Source of the DNA: Calditrichia bacterium
Lineage (GTDB): Bacteria > Calditrichota > Calditrichia > RBG-13-44-9 > J075
Assembly: GCA_050633245.1 (NCBI GenBank)
Contig: JBOEGD010000001.1
Location: 32,001 to 96,000, forward strand
Length of the DNA stretch: 64,000 nt
Reading direction: 5' to 3'
The notes beneath the pieces were generated by a model that worked only from the letters and a program-made list of their open reading frames with translations, was not told the origin of the DNA and made no database searches. The position numbers and the translations under genes are program-made. This document shows, piece after piece, positions 19,647 to 29,853 of this stretch. Each line of letters starts with the position of its first letter. The stretch's first letter is position 1.

Positions 19647-20378
19647 TTAGTTGGCGCTGAACTTGGATTCGTGTCTGGCAAATTTTTCAGCATGGCCGAT
19701 TTCATTTAAATAGCTGCGAACGGTTTTAGAAGTAACGCCAACTGCGGATGCCATTTCCGTAAGAGTTGCATCCGGATGCGTTTGAATAAAGCGTTTGAGT
19801 TGACGCAGACGCTGCTCTTTGTTGCGGCTCTTTGTGGCATTGGCTGCACTGAGAGCGGGCTTGGATGCGCGAGGTGCATTGCGCGCGCCGCGCAGTTCAC
19901 CATATTGCGGCATTGGCATACGCATATTGCCACGACGCAGCTCCATGAGATTTCGGGTACCAATGGTATCGCACATAACGTAGGCGAGTACCGGAAAAAT
20001 AATCGTTCCGGCCAGCCACTGAACCCAGGTTAGTGGATCGAGCGTCATTAAAGCGCTATAGGTGAGCTGGATGTCGTAGGCAGACTTAAATCCCTCAGAC
20101 ATATTGGCAATACCCGAAGCAAAAAGAACGATACATGTAACCATGCGAACCATCCATCCGAGTTCACCATCCTGGATAAGCTCGTCTTTAAAGATGGACA
20201 TAGCAACAACACCCGCATCCACCGCAAATGCTGCTACTGCACCGAGAATTAAGCTATCGTAAAAGAACTGCGCCATAAAGGTTGTAGAATGCAGAAAGGT
20301 AGCACTGAGAATGCCGATGAGGCAGAGGGCACCGGCACGATATTTTACGAGTTCGCGAAAGCTAAACTTCGTTTGCAT
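19647..20378 (-). CDS. Membrane protein (DUF2637-like, 4 TM) with C-terminal HTH
   Basis: Four hydrophobic helices carrying AVD, S..AN and P motifs; basic linker; HTH ATLTEMASAVGVTSKTVRSYL. GGAGG RBS. Confidence 0.65.
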   Translation of the reverse strand: MQTKFSFRELVKYRAGALCLIGILSATFLHSTTFMAQFFYDSLILGAVAAFAVDAGVVAMSIFKDELIQDGELGWMVRMVTCIVLFASGIANMSEGFKSAYDIQLTYSALMTLDPLTWVQWLAGTIIFPVLAYVMCDTIGTRNLMELRRGNMRMPMPQYGELRGARNAPRASKPALSAANATKSRNKEQRLRQLKRFIQTHPDATLTEMASAVGVTSKTVRSYLNEIGHAEKFARHESKFSAN

Positions 20379-20622
20379 GCCGTCCTCCTTCCCTTCGGTT
20401 TAAACGCAGGTGCCGGGTTGCGGAATTATTAGCTCGGGGGAAAGGACAGCGATCGGCCTTAAAGCTGCGTGAGCGCGCAAACCCAAGCTGTAATAACAAC
20501 TCTTTGGGATCTATTGCCTGGCAGTCATCATTCTTCAAAATGCCCTTCTGGCTGTCAACCGACATGGATTGAATAAACTTTTGGGCCAGTGAACCGGTGT
20601 CCATAATTTGGATCTGTTGCAT
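20362..20622 (-). CDS. Small hypothetical protein, first gene of the putative SOS cassette
   Basis: ATG at 20622 with AAGGAG RBS; overlaps the start of the next gene. No recognisable family. Confidence 0.5.
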   Translation of the reverse strand: MQQIQIMDTGSLAQKFIQSMSVDSQKGILKNDDCQAIDPKELLLQLGFARSRSFKADRCPFPRANNSATRHLRLNRREGGRHANEV

Positions 20623-20683
20623 GATACACTCCTTGTGTTGTTGTGGGATACTGCATACCTGTGAATGCTTGCGTGGCAGAATA

Positions 20684-20765
20684 GTGAACAAACATTCACT
20701 TCTATCTTACGCAGGGAGTGGTTGGAATGCAAGAAAATTATTAAAAAATGTATACGTTTGTTCAC
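20684..20765 (-). promoter_or_regulatory. Sigma70-type promoter flanked by two putative LexA operators
   Basis: Minus-strand TTGCAT (20732-20727), 17 bp, TAAGAT (20709-20704). Boxes GTGAAC-AAAC-ATTCAC (20684-20699) and GTATAC-GTTT-GTTCAC (20750-20765). Same layout as the lexA promoter. Confidence 0.7.
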
Positions 20766-21164
20766 TATTTTTAAATGACTAAACTAAGTAGCTATTTTTA
20801 CTGTTTTTATAAGAATTGGCTTTGCGATTATGTTCACCTGTTTTATACAAGGAGCTCAAAAAAAGCCTATTTTTCCAGATGCTGCTTAAAAAACGAATCC
20901 TGGGAAAAAGGAGTATTCTCGATTTACACAAAGCAGCTGATTTCGTTGAATTGTACAGTAATTTCTTTGCGTTGATTTATTTGATTTCCGGCACGCAGTG
21001 CGGACTTAGAAAGCACTTAATTTATAGCGGACAGTAGGGAAGCTTTGTCCAAAGGAAGTAGACCGAAATGACCGTTTTCTTCTACGTATTTATGTCTTTT
21101 TCCTCATGACTACCGCATCATACAGGCATGTAATAAGCGTCTGTCAGCTGTATCTGCCGTACTG

Positions 21165-21284
21165 TGTCAGAATTATTTGCTTTAAATCGGACATTCTGAC
21201 ATGAAATCAATTTCAACAAAAAAACCGTTTGTTAAATAAAAACAAGAAGTTAAGTTTGTTTTTGATTGTGGCATCATTTTTGTC
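21165..21284 (+). promoter_or_regulatory. Possible sigma54-type promoter with upstream inverted repeat, serving the lon-dnaJ operon
   Basis: TGGCATCATTTTTGT at 21269-21283 (-12 element GT instead of GC). Inverted repeat TGTCAGAAT (21165-21173) / ATTCTGACA (21193-21201). Confidence 0.4.
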
Positions 21285-21319
21285 CTGTTTATCCGTGCAT
21301 GATAACAAGGAGGATGGAA

Positions 21320-21544
21320 ATGAATTTTGGAAGCTGGAGGAATGAAACGATAAATACTGCCGGGCGAGGAGTTTTGCTCTTTGGGCTGGCGTTGATGTTT
21401 ACCGGATTAGTTGTGTGGTTGGTACCGGAAATTCTGGTCGCCTTTATAGCAGCCTGTTTTTTTCTTGCCGGAGGCGCTTTGGCAATCTTCGGATGGCAGC
21501 TGCGTCGACAAAACAAACACAATATCCGGATTCATATACTGTAG
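21320..21544 (+). CDS. Small two-TM membrane protein preceding lon
   Basis: AAGGAGG RBS, two hydrophobic helices, 15 bp before lon. Confidence 0.7.
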   Translation: MNFGSWRNETINTAGRGVLLFGLALMFTGLVVWLVPEILVAFIAACFFLAGGALAIFGWQLRRQNKHNIRIHIL

Positions 21545-21559
21545 AAAGGATTAACCTTT

Positions 21560-23983
21560 ATGTCTATAAATGCAAAGCAGCTTAGCAGCATTGAAGTGCC
21601 AGACGAGCTGCCGATAATTTCTGTCAGGAATACGGTTTTTTTTCCAAACCAGTTTATTCCACTGGCCGTGGGAAGACCAAAGTCTCTGCGCCTGTTGGAA
21701 CACGCGATGGAAGAAGATCTTCTGGTAGGAATTCTTACTCAGGAAGATGGTTCTGTTGACGATCCGGATTCTGATGAACTCTATCAGATCGGTACTGTTG
21801 CAAAGGTGCTGAAAGTTATTGATCTGCCTGATGGCAGCAAGAGCGCCTTTATTCAGGGAATCTGTCGTTTTGAGATCGAAGAGTTTACGCAGGTCTCGCC
21901 ATTTTTTACCGCCAAGGTTCATCGCCTAGACGATGTAACACCGGATGATGAACTGAAGGTTCAGGCAATGGCTACAAATCTGCGCAATCTATTTCAGAAG
22001 GCATCTGATCTTGCTCCGGAAATAACTAATGAGCATCAAACGATGATTTCGAACCTGCACGACCCCGGAACGATCTGCGATCTTATTCTGGCATTTTCAA
22101 ACATCCATATGTATGAGAAGCAGGAAATTCTTGAGATTCTCGACGTTGAAGAGCGCTTGAAGCGTGGCACATATATTTTTAATAATTATCTGCAAACGCT
22201 GGAGCTTGGTAAAAAAATTCAGTCTGAAGTTCAGGACGAAATCAGCAAAGGTCAGCGCGAAATGTATTTGCGTCAGCAGCTGAAGGCGATCCAAAAAGAA
22301 CTGGGTGATACTGACGACGCTTCTGATATTAGCGAGTTGCGTAAACGTGTAGATGATGCGGAGCTGCCGGAAGAAGTGTTGAAGGTGACCGACAAAGAAA
22401 TCGATCGACTCGCTCGCATGCATCCTGCTTCTGCGGAATATACCGTAGCCCGCACCTATTTGGATTGGATTCTCGATCTGCCTTGGATGAAGAGCACTGA
22501 AGACAATCTGAATATCGATAGCGTAAGCGATCATCTCGAAGAAGATCATTTCGGCCTTGAAAAGGTGAAGAAGCGCGTTCTGGAATATCTGGCTGTTCGC
22601 AAGTTGAAAAATGATATGCGCGGACCCATTCTGTGTTTTGTTGGCCCTCCCGGAGTTGGTAAGACTTCGCTGGGACGCTCCATTGCGGATGCGCTGGGAC
22701 GTGGTTTCGTTCGCATGTCGCTTGGTGGCGTACGCGATGAAGCAGAAATTCGCGGTCATCGTCGTACCTATATTGGCGCGCTGCCAGGCCGGGTTATTCA
22801 GGGCATCAAACGTTCAAATTCTAATAATCCGGTATTTATGCTGGACGAGATTGATAAAATTGGTCAGGATTTTCGTGGTGATCCATCATCAGCCCTTCTT
22901 GAGGTGCTCGATCCGGAACAGAATAACTCGTTCAGCGATCACTATCTCGAAGTGCCGTTCGACCTGAGCAAGGTGATGTTTATCGCAACCGCAAATATGC
23001 AGGATACGATTATTCCGGCACTGCGCGATCGTATGGAAATCATAGATATTCCCAGCTACATTGAAGATGAGAAAGTTGCTATAGCCAAACGCTTTCTGCT
23101 ACCGAAGCAAATTGCAGAGCATGGTTTAACGGAAGAGTCCTTAATAATTTCTGATAAAGTGCTGCGTAAGGTGGTTAATTCGTATACTCGCGAAGCAGGT
23201 GTTCGTAATCTTGAAAGACAGATTGCAACCATCTGCCGAAGCGTTGCGAAGAAGGTCGCATCAGGAAAAACAACATCCACGCGCATTTCTCTGGATAACC
23301 TGGCTGAAATTCTCGGACCTATTCGCTTTTACAGCGACGTTGCCGAGCGGACAGATGAGCCGGGTATCGCAACCGGATTGTCGTGGACACCGATGGGCGG
23401 AGAGATTCTCTTCATTGAAGCGAATAAAATGCCCGGCAAAGGAAATCTGGTTCTGACTGGTCATCTTGGTGATGTAATGAAAGAGTCTGCTCGTGCTGCG
23501 CTCAGCTATATTCGCGCACGTGCCCATGAGTTTAATCTTGAGCCGGACTTTTATGATAAACATGATATTCACTTACACGTACCGGCTGGTGCGATTCCAA
23601 AGGATGGTCCTTCTGCCGGTGTAACGATATTCTCCGCATTGTTAAGCTTATTTACCGGGCAGAAAGTCTGCAATGATCTGGCAATGACGGGTGAGATTTC
23701 ACTACGTGGTAAGGTATTACCCGTAGGTGGAGTGAAGGAAAAAGTTCTCGCTGCTCATCGCGCTGGAATTAAGAAGGTTATTCTTCCGGAAAAGAACAAT
23801 GCTGATCTTGCAGAAGTTCCGCAGGCGGTGAAGGATGAGCTGGAATTTGTGTATGTGAAAAATATGAGAGAATTACTAAAGCACGCGCTCTGCGATGCTG
23901 AAGATACGCCAAAGAAAAGCGGTCCCAAGCGTTCATGGAATGATGATGCAATTAAAAAGGAAGTTGAAGACGAGGTGCGTTAA
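21560..23983 (+). CDS. lon: ATP-dependent protease La (Lon)
   Basis: LON N-domain, [23 protein letters not shown] (catalytic Ser), GGVKEK (Lys). Confidence 0.97.
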   Translation: MSINAKQLSSIEVPDELPIISVRNTVFFPNQFIPLAVGRPKSLRLLEHAMEEDLLVGILTQEDGSVDDPDSDELYQIGTVAKVLKVIDLPDGSKSAFIQGICRFEIEEFTQVSPFFTAKVHRLDDVTPDDELKVQAMATNLRNLFQKASDLAPEITNEHQTMISNLHDPGTICDLILAFSNIHMYEKQEILEILDVEERLKRGTYIFNNYLQTLELGKKIQSEVQDEISKGQREMYLRQQLKAIQKELGDTDDASDISELRKRVDDAELPEEVLKVTDKEIDRLARMHPASAEYTVARTYLDWILDLPWMKSTEDNLNIDSVSDHLEEDHFGLEKVKKRVLEYLAVRKLKNDMRGPILCFVGPPGVGKTSLGRSIADALGRGFVRMSLGGVRDEAEIRGHRRTYIGALPGRVIQGIKRSNSNNPVFMLDEIDKIGQDFRGDPSSALLEVLDPEQNNSFSDHYLEVPFDLSKVMFIATANMQDTIIPALRDRMEIIDIPSYIEDEKVAIAKRFLLPKQIAEHGLTEESLIISDKVLRKVVNSYTREAGVRNLERQIATICRSVAKKVASGKTTSTRISLDNLAEILGPIRFYSDVAERTDEPGIATGLSWTPMGGEILFIEANKMPGKGNLVLTGHLGDVMKESARAALSYIRARAHEFNLEPDFYDKHDIHLHVPAGAIPKDGPSAGVTIFSALLSLFTGQKVCNDLAMTGEISLRGKVLPVGGVKEKVLAAHRAGIKKVILPEKNNADLAEVPQAVKDELEFVYVKNMRELLKHALCDAEDTPKKSGPKRSWNDDAIKKEVEDEVR

Positions 23984-23985
23984 GT

Positions 23986-24954
23986 ATGGGGCCACAACCC
24001 GATTACTATAGCGTCCTGGGCGTTGCTGAAAACGCCTCTCAGGATGAAGTAAAAAAGGTCTATCGCCAGCTGGCTAAGAAGTATCACCCTGATTCACGTG
24101 GGGGAGATAAAGCTGCTGAAGAGAAGTTCAAGCAAATTAGCGAGGCGTATAGCGTTCTCAGTGATCCGCAAAAACGACGTGAATACGATCTTACGCGTCG
24201 TGGAGGGTTTATGGGGGGCGGTAATAGCGGCTTTGGAGGCGGGCCCGGTTCTTACCAGGTTCACTTTGGAGACGATTCCTTTGAAAATATACAGGATGTT
24301 TTCAGCAATCTTTTTGGTGGATTTAACGGTCGTGGACGTCAGGCTCCCTTTAATCAGGGAGCCAGTGGTTTTAACGATTTATTCAACCAGGGACAGGGTG
24401 GACAGCCGCAGCAGGGACCGCAGCAAGCCCAATCTTCCCGTGGCGCCGATATGGAATCGGTTATTACCATTCCATTCGAGTTAGGCGTAAATGGCGGTGA
24501 GACAATTGTCAAAACCGGTAGCGGTAAGAAGGTGAAGATTAAAATTCCGCCGGGTACCGAAACGGGTAAGAAAATCCGTATTCGTGGTCAGGGGGCGCCG
24601 GGACCGAATCGCACTGCACCGGGAGATCTCTACATTACGATTCGCGTGTCGAACCATATGGAGTTTGAACGTCGTGGTCAGGATATTCATTCCAATGTCT
24701 ATATCAATGTGGCTGAAGCAATTTTGGGTGCCGAAATTCAGGTGAAAACCATTAGCAGTAAAATGGTGAAGCTGAAGATTCCAGCCGGAACCAGCAGCGC
24801 TAAGTTTTTTCGCCTTCCCGGTATGGGCGTAAATCTGGACGGCAAAAAGGGTGACCACTACGTACGTGTAGAAATTGACGTGCCGCAGAATCTCACTTTG
24901 AACCAGAAGCGCGAATTCCGTAATTGGGCACGCAAATTAGGTCTGATTGATTAA
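23986..24954 (+). CDS. Class II J-domain chaperone (DnaJ/CbpA-like, no zinc finger)
   Basis: [11 protein letters not shown] motif, G/F-rich linker, two C-terminal domains; no CxxCxGxG repeats. Confidence 0.92.
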   Translation: MGPQPDYYSVLGVAENASQDEVKKVYRQLAKKYHPDSRGGDKAAEEKFKQISEAYSVLSDPQKRREYDLTRRGGFMGGGNSGFGGGPGSYQVHFGDDSFENIQDVFSNLFGGFNGRGRQAPFNQGASGFNDLFNQGQGGQPQQGPQQAQSSRGADMESVITIPFELGVNGGETIVKTGSGKKVKIKIPPGTETGKKIRIRGQGAPGPNRTAPGDLYITIRVSNHMEFERRGQDIHSNVYINVAEAILGAEIQVKTISSKMVKLKIPAGTSSAKFFRLPGMGVNLDGKKGDHYVRVEIDVPQNLTLNQKREFRNWARKLGLID

Positions 24955-24977
24955 TCGCATTTTGCAATACATTATTT

Positions 24978-25020
24978 AAATGCAGTAGAGCCACAATACT
25001 ATTGTGGCTCTACTGCATTT
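24978..25020. repeat. Perfect 21-bp palindrome (GTAG-type REP-like; probably also terminates lon-dnaJ)
   Basis: AAATGCAGTAGAGCCACAATA-C-TATTGTGGCTCTACTGCATTT, followed by further Ts. Confidence 0.75.
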
Positions 25021-25108
25021 TTCACATCCCGCTTGAACTACCGACCATTCCGGCTGTATAATGTACGATTGAAATGATTGTGATACATGCAGCTCAAAAG
25101 GGACCGGA

Positions 25109-26584
25109 ATGCTCGTATTTCTAAAACGAATTTTATACATCTTTATAACACTGTCAATTTTTTCTACGGCAGTTCAAAGCCAGACGCTTGATTCACTAAA
25201 GGCCGATGCTTTTTTAAAGGCACTGGTTACGCACGATTCCTCACTGACGAAATGGGTATTGCGTTCAGAACTTGATAAGTCTCGTCGACTGGGGATAGAT
25301 TTTCGAACACCGTTCAACAAGTTCTTTATTCAATACGATATTGCAGATAACATTCGTCGTATCATAACGCGAGGAAGAGTAAAGTATCAGTTCGAGATCG
25401 ATACGCTGGAAAAAGACTTCAGTAAGCTGACGTTTAAACTAAAAGCACGTGATTATGACATGGCGTTTTATTTTAAAGGCTCCAGTCTGATTTCCCCTTA
25501 TTATTATCATACGCGAGATTGGAAAGAATTTGTCACTAAATACTTTCGCATACGCACCTCCAATCCGCGTCTGTTTGCCAGCACTGCAGCCGATCAACTC
25601 GATGCTTTTGTGGATGAGATGATAGCCCTTCTTCAAATTGGCCCGGAAAAGGCTGCTGTGCTCCGTCAGCAAAAAATTGACTATCTGCTTTGCGAATCCA
25701 CCGATGAAATCGAGACCATCAGTGGATTTAATACCCGAGGTGTCACAATATTGGCAACTGATCGGGTGATAACAACATTTCCGCTGCACAAGCATGAGGT
25801 TGCGCACGTGTTGATAAATATGGTACTGGAAAACCCACCGCTTTTTGTGCATCCGTTTATGCAGGAGGGATTTGCTACCGCAACGGGCGGGCGCGGTGGA
25901 AAAGTCGAACCGGTTATCCGGGAAATTGGCACCTTTTTGCAAAAAAGCGCCTTTATGACAGTTGCTGAAATTCTCGGTCGAAAAGAGTTCCGCAATAGCG
26001 ATGCCTCGCTTAGTTATCCGCTCAGTGGTGTTTACAATGCTTTTTTGCTTCAGCATTGGCCGCTGGAACGTTATTTGAATCTGTATCAGGCGATGGGTGC
26101 AGTGTCCTCCAAAACTGTTCCCCATAAAGTACCGACTGATTCTCTTCCAAAGGATTCGCTGTTTAACGCTTATGTTGAAGGTCTCACCAACAGTCAAATG
26201 GTGACGTTCCCGACAGCGCAGCCGGATATCAATCCACTTATTGATGCCCATTGGGGAAAAATATGGGAACAGGAAGATCGCTATGTATTTACAATCCGCG
26301 GAGGTATTCAGCTAACGCCACCGCAGCCTGTTAAGCAGCTGGTCAGCAGTGAATTCCGGGCCATTTTCCCCGACATTCGCTATAGCGGTCAGCAGTTCTT
26401 TCTGGAAGTAACAAAGGGTGAAGTAAAGCTATTCAATTTTTATACGGCAAATCTGGATGCCTTTTACAGCACCGGCTTAACGATGAACCCTGTTGAAGTG
26501 CAGCGGGAAGACGGTAACTTTCACTTTACCCTACCGAAAAGCGTATTTTCGTATCCGATTGAGCAAATGACTATTACCCAGTAG
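25109..26584 (+). CDS. Secreted protein with HExxH gluzincin-like motif (peptidase MA-like)
   Basis: Signal peptide; HEVAH followed by FMQEGFA and a later SYPLSG motif. Confidence 0.6.
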   Translation: MLVFLKRILYIFITLSIFSTAVQSQTLDSLKADAFLKALVTHDSSLTKWVLRSELDKSRRLGIDFRTPFNKFFIQYDIADNIRRIITRGRVKYQFEIDTLEKDFSKLTFKLKARDYDMAFYFKGSSLISPYYYHTRDWKEFVTKYFRIRTSNPRLFASTAADQLDAFVDEMIALLQIGPEKAAVLRQQKIDYLLCESTDEIETISGFNTRGVTILATDRVITTFPLHKHEVAHVLINMVLENPPLFVHPFMQEGFATATGGRGGKVEPVIREIGTFLQKSAFMTVAEILGRKEFRNSDASLSYPLSGVYNAFLLQHWPLERYLNLYQAMGAVSSKTVPHKVPTDSLPKDSLFNAYVEGLTNSQMVTFPTAQPDINPLIDAHWGKIWEQEDRYVFTIRGGIQLTPPQPVKQLVSSEFRAIFPDIRYSGQQFFLEVTKGEVKLFNFYTANLDAFYSTGLTMNPVEVQREDGNFHFTLPKSVFSYPIEQMTITQ

Positions 26585-26601
26585 ACTGGAGAATTTCAGA
26601 A

Positions 26602-29253
26602 ATGAAGTTTAAACCACCCTTCCCGGCGCTGTCGAAATTGCGCAGCGACTATATTCGTTCCGACTCTGCCTACATGCGCGGCAGGCAATTATTTGAAATG
26701 GATATGGTGTCTTTGCTCGATCAACAAAAGGATGAGTTTACCTTTCAGGTAGAAGATCGCTTTGAGGACTTTTTAGTCTCGGTTTCTTTGAAAGACAATA
26801 CCATCTCACACAATTGCAGTTCAAACTCCGTTCAAAAATGCAGTCCTTACGCCGCTGCGGCACTTATTTGGCTTTACGAACGCTTTGAAGGTGAGAAGAT
26901 GCGTCGCTACACGGGGCAGGGGGAAACGTATACGCGGGCTGAAATGATCGATCGCGTAATGAAAGAGCGCGAAGCACGTGCCAAAAGCGAAAGCTACGAG
27001 ATTCTGTTCTCAGAGAATGTTTATGGTATTCACACGCTGAAATCGGCCTCTGGTCGTGTTTATGGACTCACTATACGCGATTTTAAGGCTGGTAGTGGTT
27101 ATTGCACCTGCCCGGATTACAAAACCAATAAGCTGGCGACCTGCAAGCATCTGATGTTTCTACTGCGCGATATTCAACACAAGCGACCGGTAGAAAAAAT
27201 GATTGAGACGCAGCCATATCCATTTGTTGAAATCTATTGCGATCCCCAAAACGACTATCACGTTACCTATTTCTATCAAGGCAAGATAAGTTTGGGCGCG
27301 GCCTCACTGTTAGGCAAATACTTCAGCGGCGACAAATATATCTATCCCGAACGTTATGAAGAACTTTTTGAACTGCTGACTTCTGCTGAAGACGTGAAGC
27401 AGATTTTGATACGTCCGGAAGTAGTAACGCGCATTGAAAAGCATTTTGAAGCGCTTAGCTATGAACAGCTCAGCCGCAATACGAAGGTGGACTTCTCGGA
27501 ACTGAAAGTTCCTCTTTTTCCGTATCAGGAGGAGGGGGTAAGATTCTCTCTCTACAAGCCGGGCGTAATTATCGCTGATGAGATGGGTTTGGGGAAAACG
27601 ATTCAGGCCATCGCGACTGCTGTTTTGAAGAAGCAGATTTACGGATTGAATCGAACGTTGATTATTTGTCCGGCTTCGCTAAAATATCAGTGGAAGGAAG
27701 AGATTGAGAAGGCGACTTCCGAGCGGGTCGAGGTTGTGAGCGGTAGTCGCGAAGAACGAGAAGCAATCTATCGGTCTTCAACGGCTTATTTTTTGATCAC
27801 CAATTATGAAGCTGCTGTTCGCGATGTGATTGTGCTGCAAAATCATGCTCCTGATATGATTATCCTGGATGAAGCGCAGCGCATTAAGAATTACGAGACC
27901 AAGACATCCTACGCGGTAAAGGCTATTCCCAAAAAACATTCGCTGGTGCTAACCGGAACACCAATTGAGAATCGACTCGGCGATTTGTATTCGATTATGA
28001 ATTTTATTGACCCGGAGATATTGGCGCCGCTGTGGGAATTCTCGATGAGCCACTGTTCATTCGATAAAACGCGTCATGAGCGCATTACCGGATATCATAA
28101 TTTGCAGGAGCTAAAAAAACGTCTACGTCCGTGGGTACTGCGTCGCCGTAAGGAAGACGTGCTTGAGCAGCTGCCTAAACTAGCGGAAATTACCGTGCCG
28201 GTTGCCCTGCATCCCAAACAGCAGGAGGCACATGCCCGTCTCGCTAAAAGTTTGATGCCCTTACTTTATAAAAAGATCAAAACAGGTTATGATGTCCAGC
28301 GAATGCAGCGTATTCTTGCCAGCATGCGTATGGTTTGCGATTCTACCTATTTACTCGATCGTCAGCTGAATTACTCTGCTAAGCTTGCAGAGCTTGAAGC
28401 CATATTGATCGACAAACTGGATATTGTTTCCAGCAAAAAGAAGGTTGTCATTTTTTCTGAGTGGAAGGGAATGCTGCGCCTGATTGATAATATGTTGCAA
28501 TCTCATGGTGTGCGCTCGGTTATGCTAACCGGTGACGTGCCTGTTGAAAAACGTCCGGACTTGATCAAAAAATTTGCTGAGGAAGAGGATTGTCAGATCT
28601 TTCTCTCCAGCGAGGCAGGGGGCAGTGGCCTGAATCTGCAGTGCGCTGACACCGTTATTAACATGGAGCTGCCCTGGAATCCGGCAAAAAAAAATCAGCG
28701 TATCGGACGAATTCATCGCATCGGTCAGAAAAGCGATCGCATCACAGCAATTACCTTAGTGGCGCGTAATTCTATCGAGGAACGTATTCAGAACGGTATA
28801 GAGCTCAAGGAATCACTGTTTGAAGCGGTCCTGACCAAGAATAGCGTGATTGATAGCGTAGATTTCTCCAGTGCCGGACATGGGCAATTTGTTGAGACGC
28901 TGCAGCAATTGGTAAAGCCGTTTGAAAATGCTCCGGAAGTTGAGTCGCCTTCACTGGTAACCACCAATAAAAAAAGTGGAGAGCTTCCCGGCGCAGAGCA
29001 GCTGCTCCTCTTTGGTTCGGATCCGGAGGAACATCAAGCTCCTGCCGCACCAGTGCAGACGACCGCCGAAACCACCGGCGTGGCAGATGCAAAACAGCTG
29101 GAACAGACATTGAATCAGGGAATGCAGTTCTTGCGTGGATTGATGAGTATGGCTACCGGACAGGAGTTGAGCACGGATAATCAGTCTATTCAGATTGATA
29201 AGGAAACCGGTGAGGTGGTGTTACGCTTTCGCTTGCCGAAGGAAGAAAAGTAA
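26602..29253 (+). CDS. SWIM zinc finger + SNF2-family helicase
   Basis: CTCPD..CKH SWIM; ADEMGLGKT, DEAQRIKN, LTGTPIEN, GLNLQ, WNPA..QRIGRIHRIGQ. Confidence 0.92.
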   Translation: MKFKPPFPALSKLRSDYIRSDSAYMRGRQLFEMDMVSLLDQQKDEFTFQVEDRFEDFLVSVSLKDNTISHNCSSNSVQKCSPYAAAALIWLYERFEGEKMRRYTGQGETYTRAEMIDRVMKEREARAKSESYEILFSENVYGIHTLKSASGRVYGLTIRDFKAGSGYCTCPDYKTNKLATCKHLMFLLRDIQHKRPVEKMIETQPYPFVEIYCDPQNDYHVTYFYQGKISLGAASLLGKYFSGDKYIYPERYEELFELLTSAEDVKQILIRPEVVTRIEKHFEALSYEQLSRNTKVDFSELKVPLFPYQEEGVRFSLYKPGVIIADEMGLGKTIQAIATAVLKKQIYGLNRTLIICPASLKYQWKEEIEKATSERVEVVSGSREEREAIYRSSTAYFLITNYEAAVRDVIVLQNHAPDMIILDEAQRIKNYETKTSYAVKAIPKKHSLVLTGTPIENRLGDLYSIMNFIDPEILAPLWEFSMSHCSFDKTRHERITGYHNLQELKKRLRPWVLRRRKEDVLEQLPKLAEITVPVALHPKQQEAHARLAKSLMPLLYKKIKTGYDVQRMQRILASMRMVCDSTYLLDRQLNYSAKLAELEAILIDKLDIVSSKKKVVIFSEWKGMLRLIDNMLQSHGVRSVMLTGDVPVEKRPDLIKKFAEEEDCQIFLSSEAGGSGLNLQCADTVINMELPWNPAKKNQRIGRIHRIGQKSDRITAITLVARNSIEERIQNGIELKESLFEAVLTKNSVIDSVDFSSAGHGQFVETLQQLVKPFENAPEVESPSLVTTNKKSGELPGAEQLLLFGSDPEEHQAPAAPVQTTAETTGVADAKQLEQTLNQGMQFLRGLMSMATGQELSTDNQSIQIDKETGEVVLRFRLPKEEK

Positions 29254-29265
29254 GCTGGCTAAGGC

Positions 29266-29853
29266 TTATGACCTTACAAAGTTCAGCAATAGACTTAAAT
29301 CGTGATTATCTGCTGCGCGCAGGGCCGCAATATAATTCTGTCTGGTTTCAGTTGCTGTAACCAAGCATTTTTGACCCCAGCTAAAACGTTCCTCGCCGTG
29401 ATGCGTCAATAAGAGATCTGCCGCCAGTCGTGCATGACGCCCATTGCCATTTGGGAACGGATGGATCAGAACCAGGCGATGATGGAATCTTGCCGTGATT
29501 TCATCAATGGAGTAGGTGTTGTTGGCGATCCAGAAATTGCAGTCTTCGAGCAGCTGTTGTAGCTCCGGACGAATGAGGTGCGGTGCCACGCCGATATTAC
29601 GCTCACTCGCTCGAAACTTTCCTGCCCACTTCCAAACGTTATCAAACATCTTTTTATGAAGATTTTCCAGAAAACGCTGATCTAGTACGTCTCTTTTACG
29701 GTTATAAGCCCAGAGCTCGGCATCAAGAATATTAGCCTGTTCTGATTCATTCAACTCCGCTCTGGACGAAATGTAAGAAGGGATAAGATCATCTTTTTCT
29801 TCTTCAGAAAGCGGTGTTGCATTCTCATCTTGTCTGAATATCGAGAGGCTCAT
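29266..29853 (-). CDS. Mobile mystery protein B (Fic domain)
   Basis: ATPL, ELNESEQANI, WKWAGKFR, Fic motif HPFPNGNGRHAR, YIAALRAAD. Confidence 0.9.
   Translation of the reverse strand: MSLSIFRQDENATPLSEEEKDDLIPSYISSRAELNESEQANILDAELWAYNRKRDVLDQRFLENLHKKMFDNVWKWAGKFRASERNIGVAPHLIRPELQQLLEDCNFWIANNTYSIDEITARFHHRLVLIHPFPNGNGRHARLAADLLLTHHGEERFSWGQKCLVTATETRQNYIAALRAADNHDLSLLLNFVRS

Noticed and set aside
20623-21037. Several short overlapping ORFs, including the 20691 start
   Set aside because: This is an AT-rich divergent promoter region containing the operator boxes; the ORFs have no RBS or recognisable features.
25439-26251. Long antisense ORFs (also 972-1712, 14433-15077, 22097-22759)
   Set aside because: They lie almost entirely opposite well-supported genes and show no motifs; most likely shadow ORFs.
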